This document shows positions 49,226-57,785 of a DNA stretch of 64,000 bases, in pieces. Under the pieces are notes generated by a model. It saw only the letters and a program-made list of their open reading frames with translations, did not search any database and was not told the origin of the DNA. The position numbers were made by a program, and so were the translations under genes. The stretch is taken from positions 14,356 through 78,355 of IMG/VR virus record IMGVR_UViG_3300045256_000653. One strand, 5' to 3'. The stretch is from a virus. Positions within the stretch are counted from its first letter, which is position 1. Each line of letters opens with the position of its first letter.

Positions 49226-49318
49226 ATGTGCAAGTGGTGTCTGATCGCTTCCGCCATTCTCGGCCGGCCCTACATGTGCCGTCCGTGCTGGCGAAAAGCG
49301 TATCGCAACAAGAGGTAG
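49226..49318 (+). CDS. 30-aa CxxC...CxxC micro-protein
   Basis: AAGGAGGT SD; MCKWCLIASAILGRPYMCRPCWRKAYRNKR. Confidence 0.5.
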   Translation: MCKWCLIASAILGRPYMCRPCWRKAYRNKR

Positions 49319-49404
49319 CGAAAAGACGTCCTGGCTGCTACGGTGGCCAGGAACTAAACTCCCCCGGGGTCGCCCGCGAGAGCGGTAACCACGCCGGGGC
49401 ATTT

Positions 49405-49477
49405 GGGGCTGTAGCTCATCTGGGAGAGCGCATCGATGGCATCGATGAGGTAACCGGTTCGATCCCGGTCAGCTCCA
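49405..49477 (+). tRNA. tRNA-Ala(GGC)
   Basis: Cloverleaf. Confidence 0.92.
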
Positions 49478-49503
49478 CAAAAGTTCTTGTGGACTCTGTA
49501 GGC

Positions 49504-50040
49504 ATGTCTCACGAGGAGATGGTCACCCGTGTGGCCAAACGGGCCGCCGTAAAGTCACCCAAACAGGTGGCCGACGAGCTTTTTCGCCTCACCGAGGAGA
49601 CCTTCACGATGGGCAACACGGCCGCGTCGATGGTCCTGGACAAGCCCGCACAGATCGAGATGTCCCGGCTCGTGCTCCAAGCGCACCGTGTGTTGTGGGA
49701 AGTGCAGCGAAGCTTCCGAGAGCACCTCAAGAACGGCCAGGTTGGCGAGTACGATCGTCGAATGGCAGCGCAAGATCCCGATCCGACGAAGCCGCTCGAA
49801 AGCAACGCCGTCGCGTACTTCACCGTTGGTGGGGACGAGGACGAGGGGGACCCCGAATCGATCTCCCTCTCGAAGGGACACGTTCCCGTACAGGAAGTGA
49901 TCAAGTACCTCCACAAGCGGGAGCCCAGCGCGAAGGCCCAACCCGGACAGCATCCGGGCGAGATTCAGGTCCACGCCATCGATTGGCAAAAGAAGCCGTA
50001 CTCGTACGTCACCAAGGTCAAGGTCAAGTCGCGGAAGTAA
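49504..50040 (+). CDS. Hypothetical protein with RVAKR N-terminal motif
   Basis: MSHEEMVTRVAKRAAVK... Confidence 0.7.
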   Translation: MSHEEMVTRVAKRAAVKSPKQVADELFRLTEETFTMGNTAASMVLDKPAQIEMSRLVLQAHRVLWEVQRSFREHLKNGQVGEYDRRMAAQDPDPTKPLESNAVAYFTVGGDEDEGDPESISLSKGHVPVQEVIKYLHKREPSAKAQPGQHPGEIQVHAIDWQKKPYSYVTKVKVKSRK

Positions 50041-50044
50041 CTTT

Positions 50045-50118
50045 TGGCGGATCGTCTAATGGCAGGACGTCAGATTCTGGCTCTGACTATCTAGGTTCGA
50101 GTCCTAGTCCGCCAGCCA
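50045..50118 (+). tRNA. tRNA-Gln(CTG)
   Basis: Cloverleaf, CCA. Confidence 0.93.
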
Positions 50119-50146
50119 ACTTTTCTTTCGGTGTACGCGCCCTGTC

Positions 50147-50434
50147 ATGAACAAGGCGAGTGCAGCGAAGGTCGCAAACGTTCTCTTCTGGCATGCCGTG
50201 GACATCCTGTTCTACGGCGTCGCGCTCAAGCTTCTCTGGGAGTGGTTCGGTCAGCCGACCTTTCACACGGCGCCGGTTCAATGGATCACGTCATTTGGCC
50301 TCGTGATCATCGTCCGTCTGCTCTTCCCGCCGAAGGAAGAGGAGAAAGCCATCACACTTCAAAACCTCGTCATCGAGGCTCTCGTTCCGGCCCTCCTCAC
50401 CGAGGCCGGTCACTTGATTCACAAGCTTCTCTGA
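50147..50434 (+). CDS. Small membrane protein
   Basis: Hydrophobic segments; CGGTGTA upstream. Confidence 0.65.
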   Translation: MNKASAAKVANVLFWHAVDILFYGVALKLLWEWFGQPTFHTAPVQWITSFGLVIIVRLLFPPKEEEKAITLQNLVIEALVPALLTEAGHLIHKLL

Positions 50435-50440
50435 AAGTCT

Positions 50441-50515
50441 GGGGATGTGGCGCAATGGGAGCGCAACGCCTTTGCAAGGCGAAGGTTGTCGGTTCGAGTC
50501 CGACCATCTCCACCA
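50441..50515 (+). tRNA. tRNA-Ala(TGC)
   Basis: Cloverleaf, CCA. Confidence 0.93.
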
Positions 50516-50516
50516 T

Positions 50517-50593
50517 GCTGGTTTAGCCCTCGTGGGAAGGCACTTTCTTGGTAAGAAAGACTGAGGCGGGTTCGACTCCCGCAACCAGCTCCA
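50517..50593 (+). tRNA. tRNA-Thr(GGT)
   Basis: Cloverleaf, CCA. Confidence 0.9.
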
Positions 50594-50648
50594 ATTCTAC
50601 AAGCATCGCTTACCCATAGCGATAGTTCTCCTATCGACTTCCTTTGGC

Positions 50649-51050
50649 ATGGCAGAGACCAAGCGAAAAGGGGACATTGCGGAAGCCATGATCATGGCTG
50701 AAGCTCTGCGTCGCGGATACAAGGTCGCGATGCCGGTGGGTGAAGACTGGCGCTACGATCTCATCGTTCTCCGAAACGACCGACTCGAACGCGTTCAGTG
50801 TAAGTACACCGAGTCGGACGGCAAAGTCGTGCTCGTGCGTTGCGCCTCGTCAAACAACTGGGGCATCATCAAGTACACGAGTAAGGATGTGGATTGGTTG
50901 GCCGTCTATGATGCGATTTCTTCCAAGTTCTACTTTCTGCCGTCGCACATGTTAGGGGACGGGCGGCGGATGATCAGTCTTCGGCTCGTTCCTGCCGACA
51001 ACGGGCAAACAAAGAACGTGTTGTGGGCAAAAGATTTTGAGACGTGGTAG
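50649..51050 (+). CDS. PD-(D/E)XK endonuclease (I-Ssp6803I-like homing family)
   Basis: TKRKGDIAE..PVGEDWRYDLIV..RVQCK..Y...VDWLAVY. Confidence 0.85.
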   Translation: MAETKRKGDIAEAMIMAEALRRGYKVAMPVGEDWRYDLIVLRNDRLERVQCKYTESDGKVVLVRCASSNNWGIIKYTSKDVDWLAVYDAISSKFYFLPSHMLGDGRRMISLRLVPADNGQTKNVLWAKDFETW

Positions 51051-51056
51051 TTTTTC

Positions 51057-51131
51057 GCCGTCGTAGCTCAATGGCAGAGCAGTTCTTTTGTAAAGAACTG
51101 GTTGGGGGTTCAAGTCCCTTCGACGGCTCCA
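51057..51131 (+). tRNA. tRNA-Thr(TGT)
   Basis: Cloverleaf, CCA. Confidence 0.93.
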
Positions 51132-51138
51132 AAGTTTT

Positions 51139-51210
51139 GCGGGTGTGGCCGACAGGCAAGGCAACTGCCTTCCAAGCAGTATCATGGGAGTTCGAATCTC
51201 CTCGCCCGCT
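51139..51210 (+). tRNA. tRNA-Gly(TCC)
   Basis: Cloverleaf. Confidence 0.9.
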
Positions 51211-51214
51211 CAAT

Positions 51215-51307
51215 GGATTCGATGCCACAGGAGGCGCAAGGGATCCCAAGTCGTATGGGATGTTACGAACCCCTTGAAGTGCGAGGTTCGATCCCTCGCC
51301 GAGTCCA
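51215..51307 (+). tRNA. tRNA-Gly-like gene with ~21-nt insertion in the anticodon loop
   Basis: ggattcg/cgagtcc acceptor; caaggg-atCCCa-[insert]-c-cccttg; T arm; lies among Gly tRNAs. Confidence 0.65.
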
Positions 51308-51316
51308 GGTTTGTTT

Positions 51317-51388
51317 GCGGACGTGGGTCAATGGTTGATCACCTGGTTGCCAGCCAGGGTCATGCGGGTTCGATTCCCGTCGTCCGCT
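51317..51388 (+). tRNA. tRNA-Gly(GCC)
   Basis: Cloverleaf. Confidence 0.9.
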
Positions 51389-51502
51389 CAGAGAGGTAGC
51401 GTGAAATGGGCTGGACGGTTGTTGCCGTGAAGATCCCATGCCAGGTTGGTGGTTCCGCCTGCACGTGAACCGGAGCATGCCCGGAAAACCACACCAATTT
51501 TT

Positions 51503-51576
51503 GCAGGTGTAATTCAGCGGTAGAATGCTTCGTTGCCAACGAAGATGTCGAGGGTTCGAGTCCCTCCACCTGCTCC
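51503..51576 (+). tRNA. tRNA-Gly(GCC)
   Basis: Cloverleaf. Confidence 0.93.
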
Positions 51577-51669
51577 GATGATGCGTCAGTGGCCCGGAGC
51601 AACCCACATGCAAAAGGGGTAGGGTCGAGGGAGATTGTGGGCCCTCAGACCTCGGCGCGTCATCTTCTT

Positions 51670-51742
51670 GCGGATGAAGCCGACGTGGTGAGGCATCTGC
51701 TTCCCAAGCAGACTTAGGCGGGTTCGACTCCCGTCATCCGCT
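51670..51742 (+). tRNA. tRNA-Gly(CCC)
   Basis: Cloverleaf. Confidence 0.9.
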
Positions 51743-51758
51743 CTGTCACAAAAACCCT

Positions 51759-51847
51759 GGCGGGGTGTCCGAATGGTAAGGAGCCGGATTGCAATTCCGC
51801 GTGTGGGACGCAAGTCCTTGCAGGTTCAAGTCCTGTCCTCGCCTCCA
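51759..51847 (+). tRNA. tRNA-Cys(GCA) with long variable arm
   Basis: cgga-ttGCAat-tccg; ggac-gcaa-gtcc extra arm; U73; CCA. Confidence 0.85.
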
Positions 51848-51900
51848 TTTCAGGTTCGCGCTTGATCGAGCGTCCGTCCGCGCATGAACGGAGGACTCAC

Positions 51901-52119
51901 GTGAAAGCAAAGCCGTGTCACTGCGGTGCGAACTGCGACTTTTCAGGAAGAAACGACGAGCCGTGCTGGGGCATCGTCAGCTCGGCAGACGAGCGTGTCA
52001 GTGAAGACGGCGATCAAACGTACGTCCATTGTTGCTCGGGTCACGATGCGTTCGGCAACTACACGCCGAGGCCGTTGACGATGAGCTGTTCCGAGTTCGC
52101 TTACGAAGCCCATTTTTAG
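51901..52119 (+). CDS. Small Cys-rich hypothetical protein
   Basis: GGAGG SD, GTG start. Confidence 0.55.
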   Translation: MKAKPCHCGANCDFSGRNDEPCWGIVSSADERVSEDGDQTYVHCCSGHDAFGNYTPRPLTMSCSEFAYEAHF

Positions 52120-52127
52120 GAGCGACC

Positions 52128-52997
52128 ATGGCGACGAAGAATCTCGCGCGTACGGTGATCGAAGGCGGCCGAACCGGTTACTACAAATCGAGCGTCGAGA
52201 CTCTCACCAGCGAAGAGCGCGCCGCCACCAAAGAATTTCTTCGGACCGTTCGAAACGATCCGGAGCGCGCCGATGAAATCGTGAATCCGGTGCGCAAGCC
52301 CGTGAGCGTCAGCTTCGCCGACAAGCTCCGGCCGATGTATCGCTTCATGGATAGCAAGCTCGGGCAGAACTGGTCCAAAGTTCGCTCGGAGCTGTTCCGC
52401 AGGTTCGATACTCGCACGACGCCCGGAAGGCACGTGCTTTTCGACCACCTCCTTCGCGATGTCACCGAAGGCCCGCTCCCCGAGAAGGGAACGACGAGGC
52501 TGTTTCGCTTCTTCACGTACTACCTCGATCGCCAAGGACGTCTCTGCAAAAACCCGGAGTCACGTCGTCACCGATACCGTTCGGCCGAGGCGCCGTGCGA
52601 CTATCAAGAACTCGTCGAGTTCCTCGGCAACCGCAAGGTCGGCCAAATGGGCGAACGCCTCGTTTGGTTTTTGCCGACGAGAGACGCAGACAACATTCGC
52701 GCCGTGTGGGATCGACGTGAGTATCTCGTCTACGCGGTGCACGATGCGAAGGGCAACCCGATTCGTGACTTGATCGTGTACCCCGGGGGCACGCGCTACT
52801 ACACGTCGCCGAAGGACCAACTTCGCCCAACGATGGTGCCTTACCGCCAAGGTCGTTTGCTCGACGAGGCAGACGAGAAGTACGTCCGAGGGCTTCCTCA
52901 ACGCATCCAAGATGTCGTCTTCTCGAAAGCGCCGTCGAACGTGGGTGCGGACGGCAAGAAGATCGCTCCAAAACGCAAAGGGTTCCCTTACTACTGA
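52128..52997 (+). CDS. Hypothetical basic protein
   Basis: AGGAG SD; 289 aa. Confidence 0.7.
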   Translation: MATKNLARTVIEGGRTGYYKSSVETLTSEERAATKEFLRTVRNDPERADEIVNPVRKPVSVSFADKLRPMYRFMDSKLGQNWSKVRSELFRRFDTRTTPGRHVLFDHLLRDVTEGPLPEKGTTRLFRFFTYYLDRQGRLCKNPESRRHRYRSAEAPCDYQELVEFLGNRKVGQMGERLVWFLPTRDADNIRAVWDRREYLVYAVHDAKGNPIRDLIVYPGGTRYYTSPKDQLRPTMVPYRQGRLLDEADEKYVRGLPQRIQDVVFSKAPSNVGADGKKIAPKRKGFPYY

Positions 52998-53045
52998 CTT
53001 AGGTCATTCTCCCCGGCGTTCCACGTGGATGTCGGGAGTTCATCT

Positions 53046-53118
53046 GCCCCTGTAGCCTAGCGGACGAGGCGCGGGCCTTCTAAGCCTGACAACGCGGGTT
53101 CGAATCCTGCCAGGGGTG
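53046..53118 (+). tRNA. tRNA-Arg(TCT)
   Basis: Cloverleaf. Confidence 0.9.
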
Positions 53119-53119
53119 C

Positions 53120-53287
53120 TCAGTCTTCTTCGTTCAGACGTTCGAGGTACTCTTCCTCTTCGTCGCACCACGTGGTGAGAGCTTTCTTCGTCTCCTTCGA
53201 AACCTTCGTCGTTCGCAGGCCGGCCCTGATCACCTTGATGACCTCTTCGAGCTTGTCCTCGGGGACGTTCAGAACTTCGGTTGCCAT
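53120..53287 (-). CDS. Small acidic hypothetical protein (55 aa)
   Basis: GGTGTA motif upstream; fills inter-tRNA gap. Confidence 0.55.
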   Translation of the reverse strand: MATEVLNVPEDKLEEVIKVIRAGLRTTKVSKETKKALTTWCDEEEEYLERLNEED

Positions 53288-53305
53288 GCCGTGAATGTAC
53301 ACCAT

Positions 53306-53381
53306 GTCCTCGTAGCCCAATGGATAAGGCACCACCCTCCGAAGGTGGCGATTGCTGGTTCGAGTCCAGCCGGGGACACCA
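53306..53381 (+). tRNA. tRNA-Arg(CCG)
   Basis: Cloverleaf, CCA. Confidence 0.93.
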
Positions 53382-53505
53382 GATTCGTGAGGCGGTTCAA
53401 GTCCGTTCCACGAGCTGTAAAGGCTTTGGTCGGCTCCCCTGACAAGGAGCCCGCGAGTGGGCCTTCTCGCGAGGTAGTCTCAAATACCCTGAGCCATGCC
53501 ACAAT

Positions 53506-53582
<77 letters not shown>

Positions 53583-53763
53583 GGGCGGCAGTCGCCGTCA
53601 TCCCGCGTTCTTTAAGGACGGACGAGGGTTGGACTCCACACGCAAAGCGAGCGTGTGACGCGTTCGTACGCAGAGACCAGGTATCAGGAATCACCTCGCT
53701 GAGTGAACGCCTGGACCAAAGACCGCGCTCGGTCGGGGACTGATCCCCTCGTTCGAGCGATGT

Positions 53764-53836
53764 GTGCCCGTAGCTCAATGGATAGAGCACTTGGCTACGA
53801 ACCAAGAAGTTGCAGGTTCGACTCCTGCCGGGCACT
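53764..53836 (+). tRNA. tRNA-Arg(ACG)
   Basis: Cloverleaf. Confidence 0.93.
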
Positions 53837-53869
53837 CTGATTACGAAACACCTTATGGCTTTCGTAGGC

Positions 53870-54301
53870 ATGGCTGAGAAAGTCTGTCCAAAGTGCACAC
53901 AACCCAAAGACCTCAACGAGTTCCCCAAGAACAAATCCAAGGCGGATGGTCGTGGTGTTTACTGCAAGGAGTGCCACCGGCGATACACAGGACGGCACTA
54001 CGCTCAAAACAAGGCGTACTACATCGACAAGGCCCTGCGGCGGAACAAGACCCACGCTGCGGCTCTTCGAACGTTAATTGCCACAGCCAAGGACAAGCCC
54101 TGTGTGGATTGCGGCCGAAAGTTCCCGCCATGTGCGATGGACTTCGATCACGTCCGAGGTAAGAAGGTCCGTAGTATTTCCCAAATGCGGTGGATGAGGG
54201 AAACGATCGAGAGAGTACGAGTCGAAATCTCGAAGTGCGAGGTTCGGTGCGCAGTTTGTCATCGACTCCGAACGCATGGGATTCAGATCACGCCTTCCTA
54301 A
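53870..54301 (+). CDS. HNH (homing-type) endonuclease with Zn finger
   Basis: CPKC..YCKEC..CVDC..MDFDHV..EISKCEVRCAVCHRLRT; paralog of 38807. Confidence 0.85.
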   Translation: MAEKVCPKCTQPKDLNEFPKNKSKADGRGVYCKECHRRYTGRHYAQNKAYYIDKALRRNKTHAAALRTLIATAKDKPCVDCGRKFPPCAMDFDHVRGKKVRSISQMRWMRETIERVRVEISKCEVRCAVCHRLRTHGIQITPS

Positions 54302-54340
54302 AATGTCCCTTTTGACTTTCGGGTCAGAAGGGACATTTTA
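54300..54340. terminator. Long inverted repeat hairpin
   Basis: aaatgtcccttttgac-tttcgg-gtcagaagggacattt. Confidence 0.6.
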
Positions 54341-54352
54341 GGCAGGTCATTT

Positions 54353-54425
54353 GCCTTCGTAGCTCAATGGATAGAGCGTCCGCCTTCGAAGCGGAATGTT
54401 GGGGGTTCAAGTCCCTCCGGAGGCG
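54353..54425 (+). tRNA. tRNA-Arg(TCG)
   Basis: Cloverleaf. Confidence 0.92.
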
Positions 54426-54426
54426 C

Positions 54427-54996
54427 TCAGAACGGATTGGAATGTGCCCAGTGGACGTTCCAGTCGGCTTCGTACGCTTGCGCGAGAGCCGTGTTGTGCT
54501 CGATGAGGCAGTTCTCGGCGTTCGCGTTCTCTGCGGCTGTCGTGAAGTTGTAGGAACCGTTCTCCACCGCGACGCCATCGACGACGATGTACTTGTTGTG
54601 CATGATCGTGTGCTTCGCATCGAGACGGAGCGCGACGCCGGCGGCGTTGAGAGCGGGCGCCTTCGTTCCTGGTTCCGAGCGATCGGTCCTATCGAGGACG
54701 AGCTGAACATCGACGCCCGCATTCTTTCGCTCGATGAGGGCATCGGCGATTGGCTGCGACGTGAACCCGTACGCAGCGAGTCGGACGGTCTTCTTCGCGC
54801 TCTTGATGTGGGCGATGATCGCGTCTTGGCAACCGCCCTTCGGCGAGAAGTGGACGCTCCACGTGGGAGCGTGAGTCGCCGCGAGAGCAGCCGCCTCTTG
54901 GGTGCCGGCATCGACGGCGGCATCGCTGACCGGGGGCACGGACTTCCCGCAGGACAGCAGGAAGAGGGTGAGGAACAAAATCTTGAGAGCGTTCAT
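54427..54996 (-). CDS. Phospholipase D/Nuc-family protein, putative lipoprotein
   Basis: LFLLSC lipobox; FSP; MHNKYIVVDG..GSYNFT..NAEN. Confidence 0.9.
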   Translation of the reverse strand: MNALKILFLTLFLLSCGKSVPPVSDAAVDAGTQEAAALAATHAPTWSVHFSPKGGCQDAIIAHIKSAKKTVRLAAYGFTSQPIADALIERKNAGVDVQLVLDRTDRSEPGTKAPALNAAGVALRLDAKHTIMHNKYIVVDGVAVENGSYNFTTAAENANAENCLIEHNTALAQAYEADWNVHWAHSNPF

Positions 54997-55025
54997 GTGA
55001 GGGCTCATCTTATCAAACGATTTCT

Positions 55026-55099
55026 GCCTGGGTAGCTCAATCGGCAAGAGCAAGCGTTTCATACGCGCGAGGTTGGGGGTTCAATTCCCTCTCCAGGCA
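55026..55099 (+). tRNA. tRNA-Met(CAT), elongator
   Basis: Cloverleaf. Confidence 0.88.
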
Positions 55100-55100
55100 C

Positions 55101-55175
55101 TGGGGTGTCGTCTAAATGGCAGGACAGCGGATTTTGGTTCCGCTTATCGGAGTTCGAGTCTCTGCACCCCAACCA
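55101..55175 (+). tRNA. tRNA-Gln(TTG)
   Basis: Cloverleaf, CCA. Confidence 0.92.
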
Positions 55176-55221
55176 GGTCGATTTTCTGCAACAACGGGCA
55201 GGCTCGCGCACATAACGGAGT

Positions 55222-55506
55222 ATGCACGAAAGACTCAGCGAATCGGCTGTCAAAGCGCTTCTTCAACACGAGCCCAAAATCTCGGCGATCATCGCTGAAA
55301 TCCTTCGGGCTTTGGACGAAAGCTCACACGAGTGCGAGTGCTGCCACCTCACGGTCAAGCACAACCACCGGGAGTGCCAGCTTGGTGAGAATCTTCGAGG
55401 GATCCGTCGCAAGCTGGCGCGATGGGCGAAGGAAGCACACGAACAACAAACATGCTCACGTGGCGGAATGGCAGACGCGGTAGATTCAGGTTCTACTGTC
55501 CTTTGA
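55222..55506 (+). CDS. Hypothetical protein (3' end reads into tRNA-Leu)
   Basis: GGAG SD; 94 aa. Confidence 0.5.
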   Translation: MHERLSESAVKALLQHEPKISAIIAEILRALDESSHECECCHLTVKHNHRECQLGENLRGIRRKLARWAKEAHEQQTCSRGGMADAVDSGSTVL

Positions 55507-55539
55507 GACGTGGGGGTTCAAGTCCCTCCGTGAGCACCA
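55454..55539 (+). tRNA. tRNA-Leu(CAG)
   Basis: Cloverleaf, CCA. Confidence 0.93.
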
Positions 55540-55561
55540 GGGTCGCCTCGTCCCTGAGCCA

Positions 55562-55661
55562 GCCCTCCTCTCAGAGGAGTCAACCTGGCTATTTGTCCGA
55601 AGAGCGTGGTGCTCCCCTGAAGCGAAAGCTCAGGGGGTCAGGTTCGAATCCTGATGAGGGC
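55562..55661 (+). ncRNA. Aberrant tRNA-like element
   Basis: gccctc/gagggc ends, canonical T arm tcaggttcgaatcctga, no standard anticodon loop. Confidence 0.45.
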
Positions 55662-55682
55662 GGATATTTACGAGGCAGCTAA

Positions 55683-55770
55683 GCCGCTGTGGTGGAAGTT
55701 TGGTAGGCACGCTGGTTTGAGAGACCAGTGCCCAGAGATGGGCGTGCAGGTTCGAATCCTGTCGGCGGCA
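55683..55770 (+). tRNA. tRNA-Leu(GAG)
   Basis: Cloverleaf. Confidence 0.9.
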
Positions 55771-55823
55771 CGAAGGGAGATCAGCGATGTTCAAGTTCAG
55801 GATATGCGGCGACCCGCGTCTAT

Positions 55824-55904
55824 GGGCCGTCGCCTAAGCCGGACGGTATGCCGGCGCACGTCTTATCAACGTGTGGCCTAGGGGTTCAACTCCTCGGCGG
55901 CCTA
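55824..55904 (+). tRNA. tRNA-Ile(TAT), divergent
   Basis: gcacgt-ctTATca-acgtgt. Confidence 0.72.
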
Positions 55905-55933
55905 CTCGGTGTAATAGAGAACAGGAGCGGACG

Positions 55934-56440
55934 ATGAAGGTCTCAGGGTACGCGTTGCGTGAAGCGATCAAGCAGCAAGAACTCCGAAAGGAGACGGCTG
56001 CCGGGGCATTCAACGGGTCTCTCAAGGCCTTCCCCAACGAGGAGAAGGAAGCCCCGGCGAACGTCATGGCGGTCTTCAACGACGCCGAGAACGCTCTCGT
56101 GAAGCTTCAAGTGGCGCAGATGCGCTACAACCTCATGGTGACCGTCGATGTCGGCGGCGCCTCGATGACCCTCGCCGAAGCCATCAAGAGGCTCGGCCCG
56201 GTCGGCCGCATCGAGAAGATGTGGAAGAGCGCGATTGCCGATCCCCAGCGCGCGTACGGATACGAAGAGCCGACGCTCGACGCGTCAAAGGTCTATCAGC
56301 AGCGAACCATCCCGTCGAAAGACGCGATGAAGTTCACATCGGACGCCGGCAAGCAAGCCAGCGCACTCCGGGCCGCCATCGCCGTGGCGAATGGCAAGGA
56401 GGTCGAGATCGAAGACTTGGATCCGTCGCTTTTCAAGTGA
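55934..56440 (+). CDS. Coiled-coil hypothetical protein (possibly DIP1984-like)
   Basis: AGGAG SD; MTLAEAI motif. Confidence 0.7.
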   Translation: MKVSGYALREAIKQQELRKETAAGAFNGSLKAFPNEEKEAPANVMAVFNDAENALVKLQVAQMRYNLMVTVDVGGASMTLAEAIKRLGPVGRIEKMWKSAIADPQRAYGYEEPTLDASKVYQQRTIPSKDAMKFTSDAGKQASALRAAIAVANGKEVEIEDLDPSLFK

Positions 56441-56643
56441 CGGATTTGGGGCGAGGTCTTCGGACCTCGCGTCGGGAAGACATAACCGATGCCAGCGAAA
56501 GTTGGTACGTCATACTCGATCATTTCCCTTTCGGAGCGGCCAACTCAACCCTCATCTTGTCCCCGGGGTCTCTCGGGCAATTTGGTGGATGCGGCCAGTG
56601 AAGAGGATGTCGTAGTTTCTTGCTCCTGTACCTTCCCGACTTT

Positions 56644-56728
56644 GCACACGTGGCGAAATGGCAGACGCAGTGGATTTAGGTTCCGCCGTCCCTGAGACGT
56701 GGGGGTTCGAGTCCCTCCGTGTGCACCA
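56644..56728 (+). tRNA. tRNA-Leu(TAG)
   Basis: Cloverleaf, CCA. Confidence 0.93.
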
Positions 56729-56788
56729 AAAAGATCGTTCTCTCGCGCCTGTTCGTTCTGTCAGGTGTGCGGTGTAGGGCGACGACAA

Positions 56789-57013
56789 ATGGCTAACGAA
56801 TACGCAGGTCCGGGCGAAGTTTTCGTATGTGCGTGCTGCGGCAGGCGCTCGAAGGATCGCTATGGCGAAATGAAGATCCACTCGGGGTGGGACACGAGCT
56901 GCATGACGCATGCAGTCAAATACCGCGAGGACGATCTCGTCATCGACACGCGTACGGGCGTAGTGAAGGCAGTACGAGATGGCGCCCAACCGGTGACGGA
57001 GGTGCTCAATTGA
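56789..57013 (+). CDS. Small Cys-containing hypothetical protein
   Basis: CGGTGTA upstream. Confidence 0.6.
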   Translation: MANEYAGPGEVFVCACCGRRSKDRYGEMKIHSGWDTSCMTHAVKYREDDLVIDTRTGVVKAVRDGAQPVTEVLN

Positions 57014-57288
57014 AGAAGCTCGTCGTCCACTGCAAGCGTGAGCCCTACGACGTGCTCATCGATCGGACGACGATCTACGGCAACCCGTTCTCCCACAAGG
57101 AAGGGACGCGGGCGAAGTTCTTGGTGGAGACCCGCGAGGAGGCGATCGTTCGCTTCGAGGCTTGGCTTCTGAGTCAGCCCTCGCTCCTTTCGCTCGTCAA
57201 GAGAGAGCTGAAAGGGAAGGTTCTTGGGTGTTGGTGCGATCCCAAGCCGTGCCATGGGCACGTCCTGGCTCGCATCGCGAATGAGTAA
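57010..57288 (+). CDS. DUF4326-like protein
   Basis: YDVLIDR..YGNPF..LKGKVLGCWCDPKPCHGHVL. Confidence 0.85.
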   Translation: MKKLVVHCKREPYDVLIDRTTIYGNPFSHKEGTRAKFLVETREEAIVRFEAWLLSQPSLLSLVKRELKGKVLGCWCDPKPCHGHVLARIANE

Positions 57289-57289
57289 C

Positions 57290-57371
57290 GCACAGGTGGC
57301 GGAATGGCAGACGCACTAGCTTGAGGTGCTAGCGGCTAACAACCGTGAGGGTTCGAGTCCCTCCCTGTGCA
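57290..57371 (+). tRNA. tRNA-Leu(GAG)
   Basis: Cloverleaf. Confidence 0.93.
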
Positions 57372-57423
57372 CAAACGCTTCGGTGTATCTTAACAGCTAG
57401 AACGCGAAAGTAGCTAACAACAG

Positions 57424-57769
57424 GGGGCTGACCAAGTTTCGACGGAGAGCAAGAAGGATAGTTTGCGGGAAACGGCGCTCGACCCGTTCAATCGAGCATC
57501 GCATCAGTCGCCAACGACAATGCATATGCAATCACGGCCAAGGCCGCATGATTGCCGATTCTTAGCTGGGTCGTCCTAGCGGCAAAAGAATCGCCAACCA
57601 ACCAGGGCTGGTCGAAGAGCCGGGCTACCGGGCACGAGACGAGAGGAACAGGATAGCTAGGACGCAGCCGAATCTGCGCACCCAGTCGCCGGGGATACGG
57701 CGTCCAGCCCGTGGATGAAGACGTTCGGACGGCTTTTCGGACCCGGGGGCAGTACCCGGCAGCTCCACC
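57424..57769 (+). ncRNA. ssrA: tmRNA; tag ANDNAYAITAKAA* at 57510-57551
   Basis: ggggctg..ttcgac 5' end, cagctcc-a 3' end with G3:U70, resume-codon ORF ending AA-stop. Confidence 0.93.
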
Positions 57770-57785
57770 CCAAAATGAGATGAAC

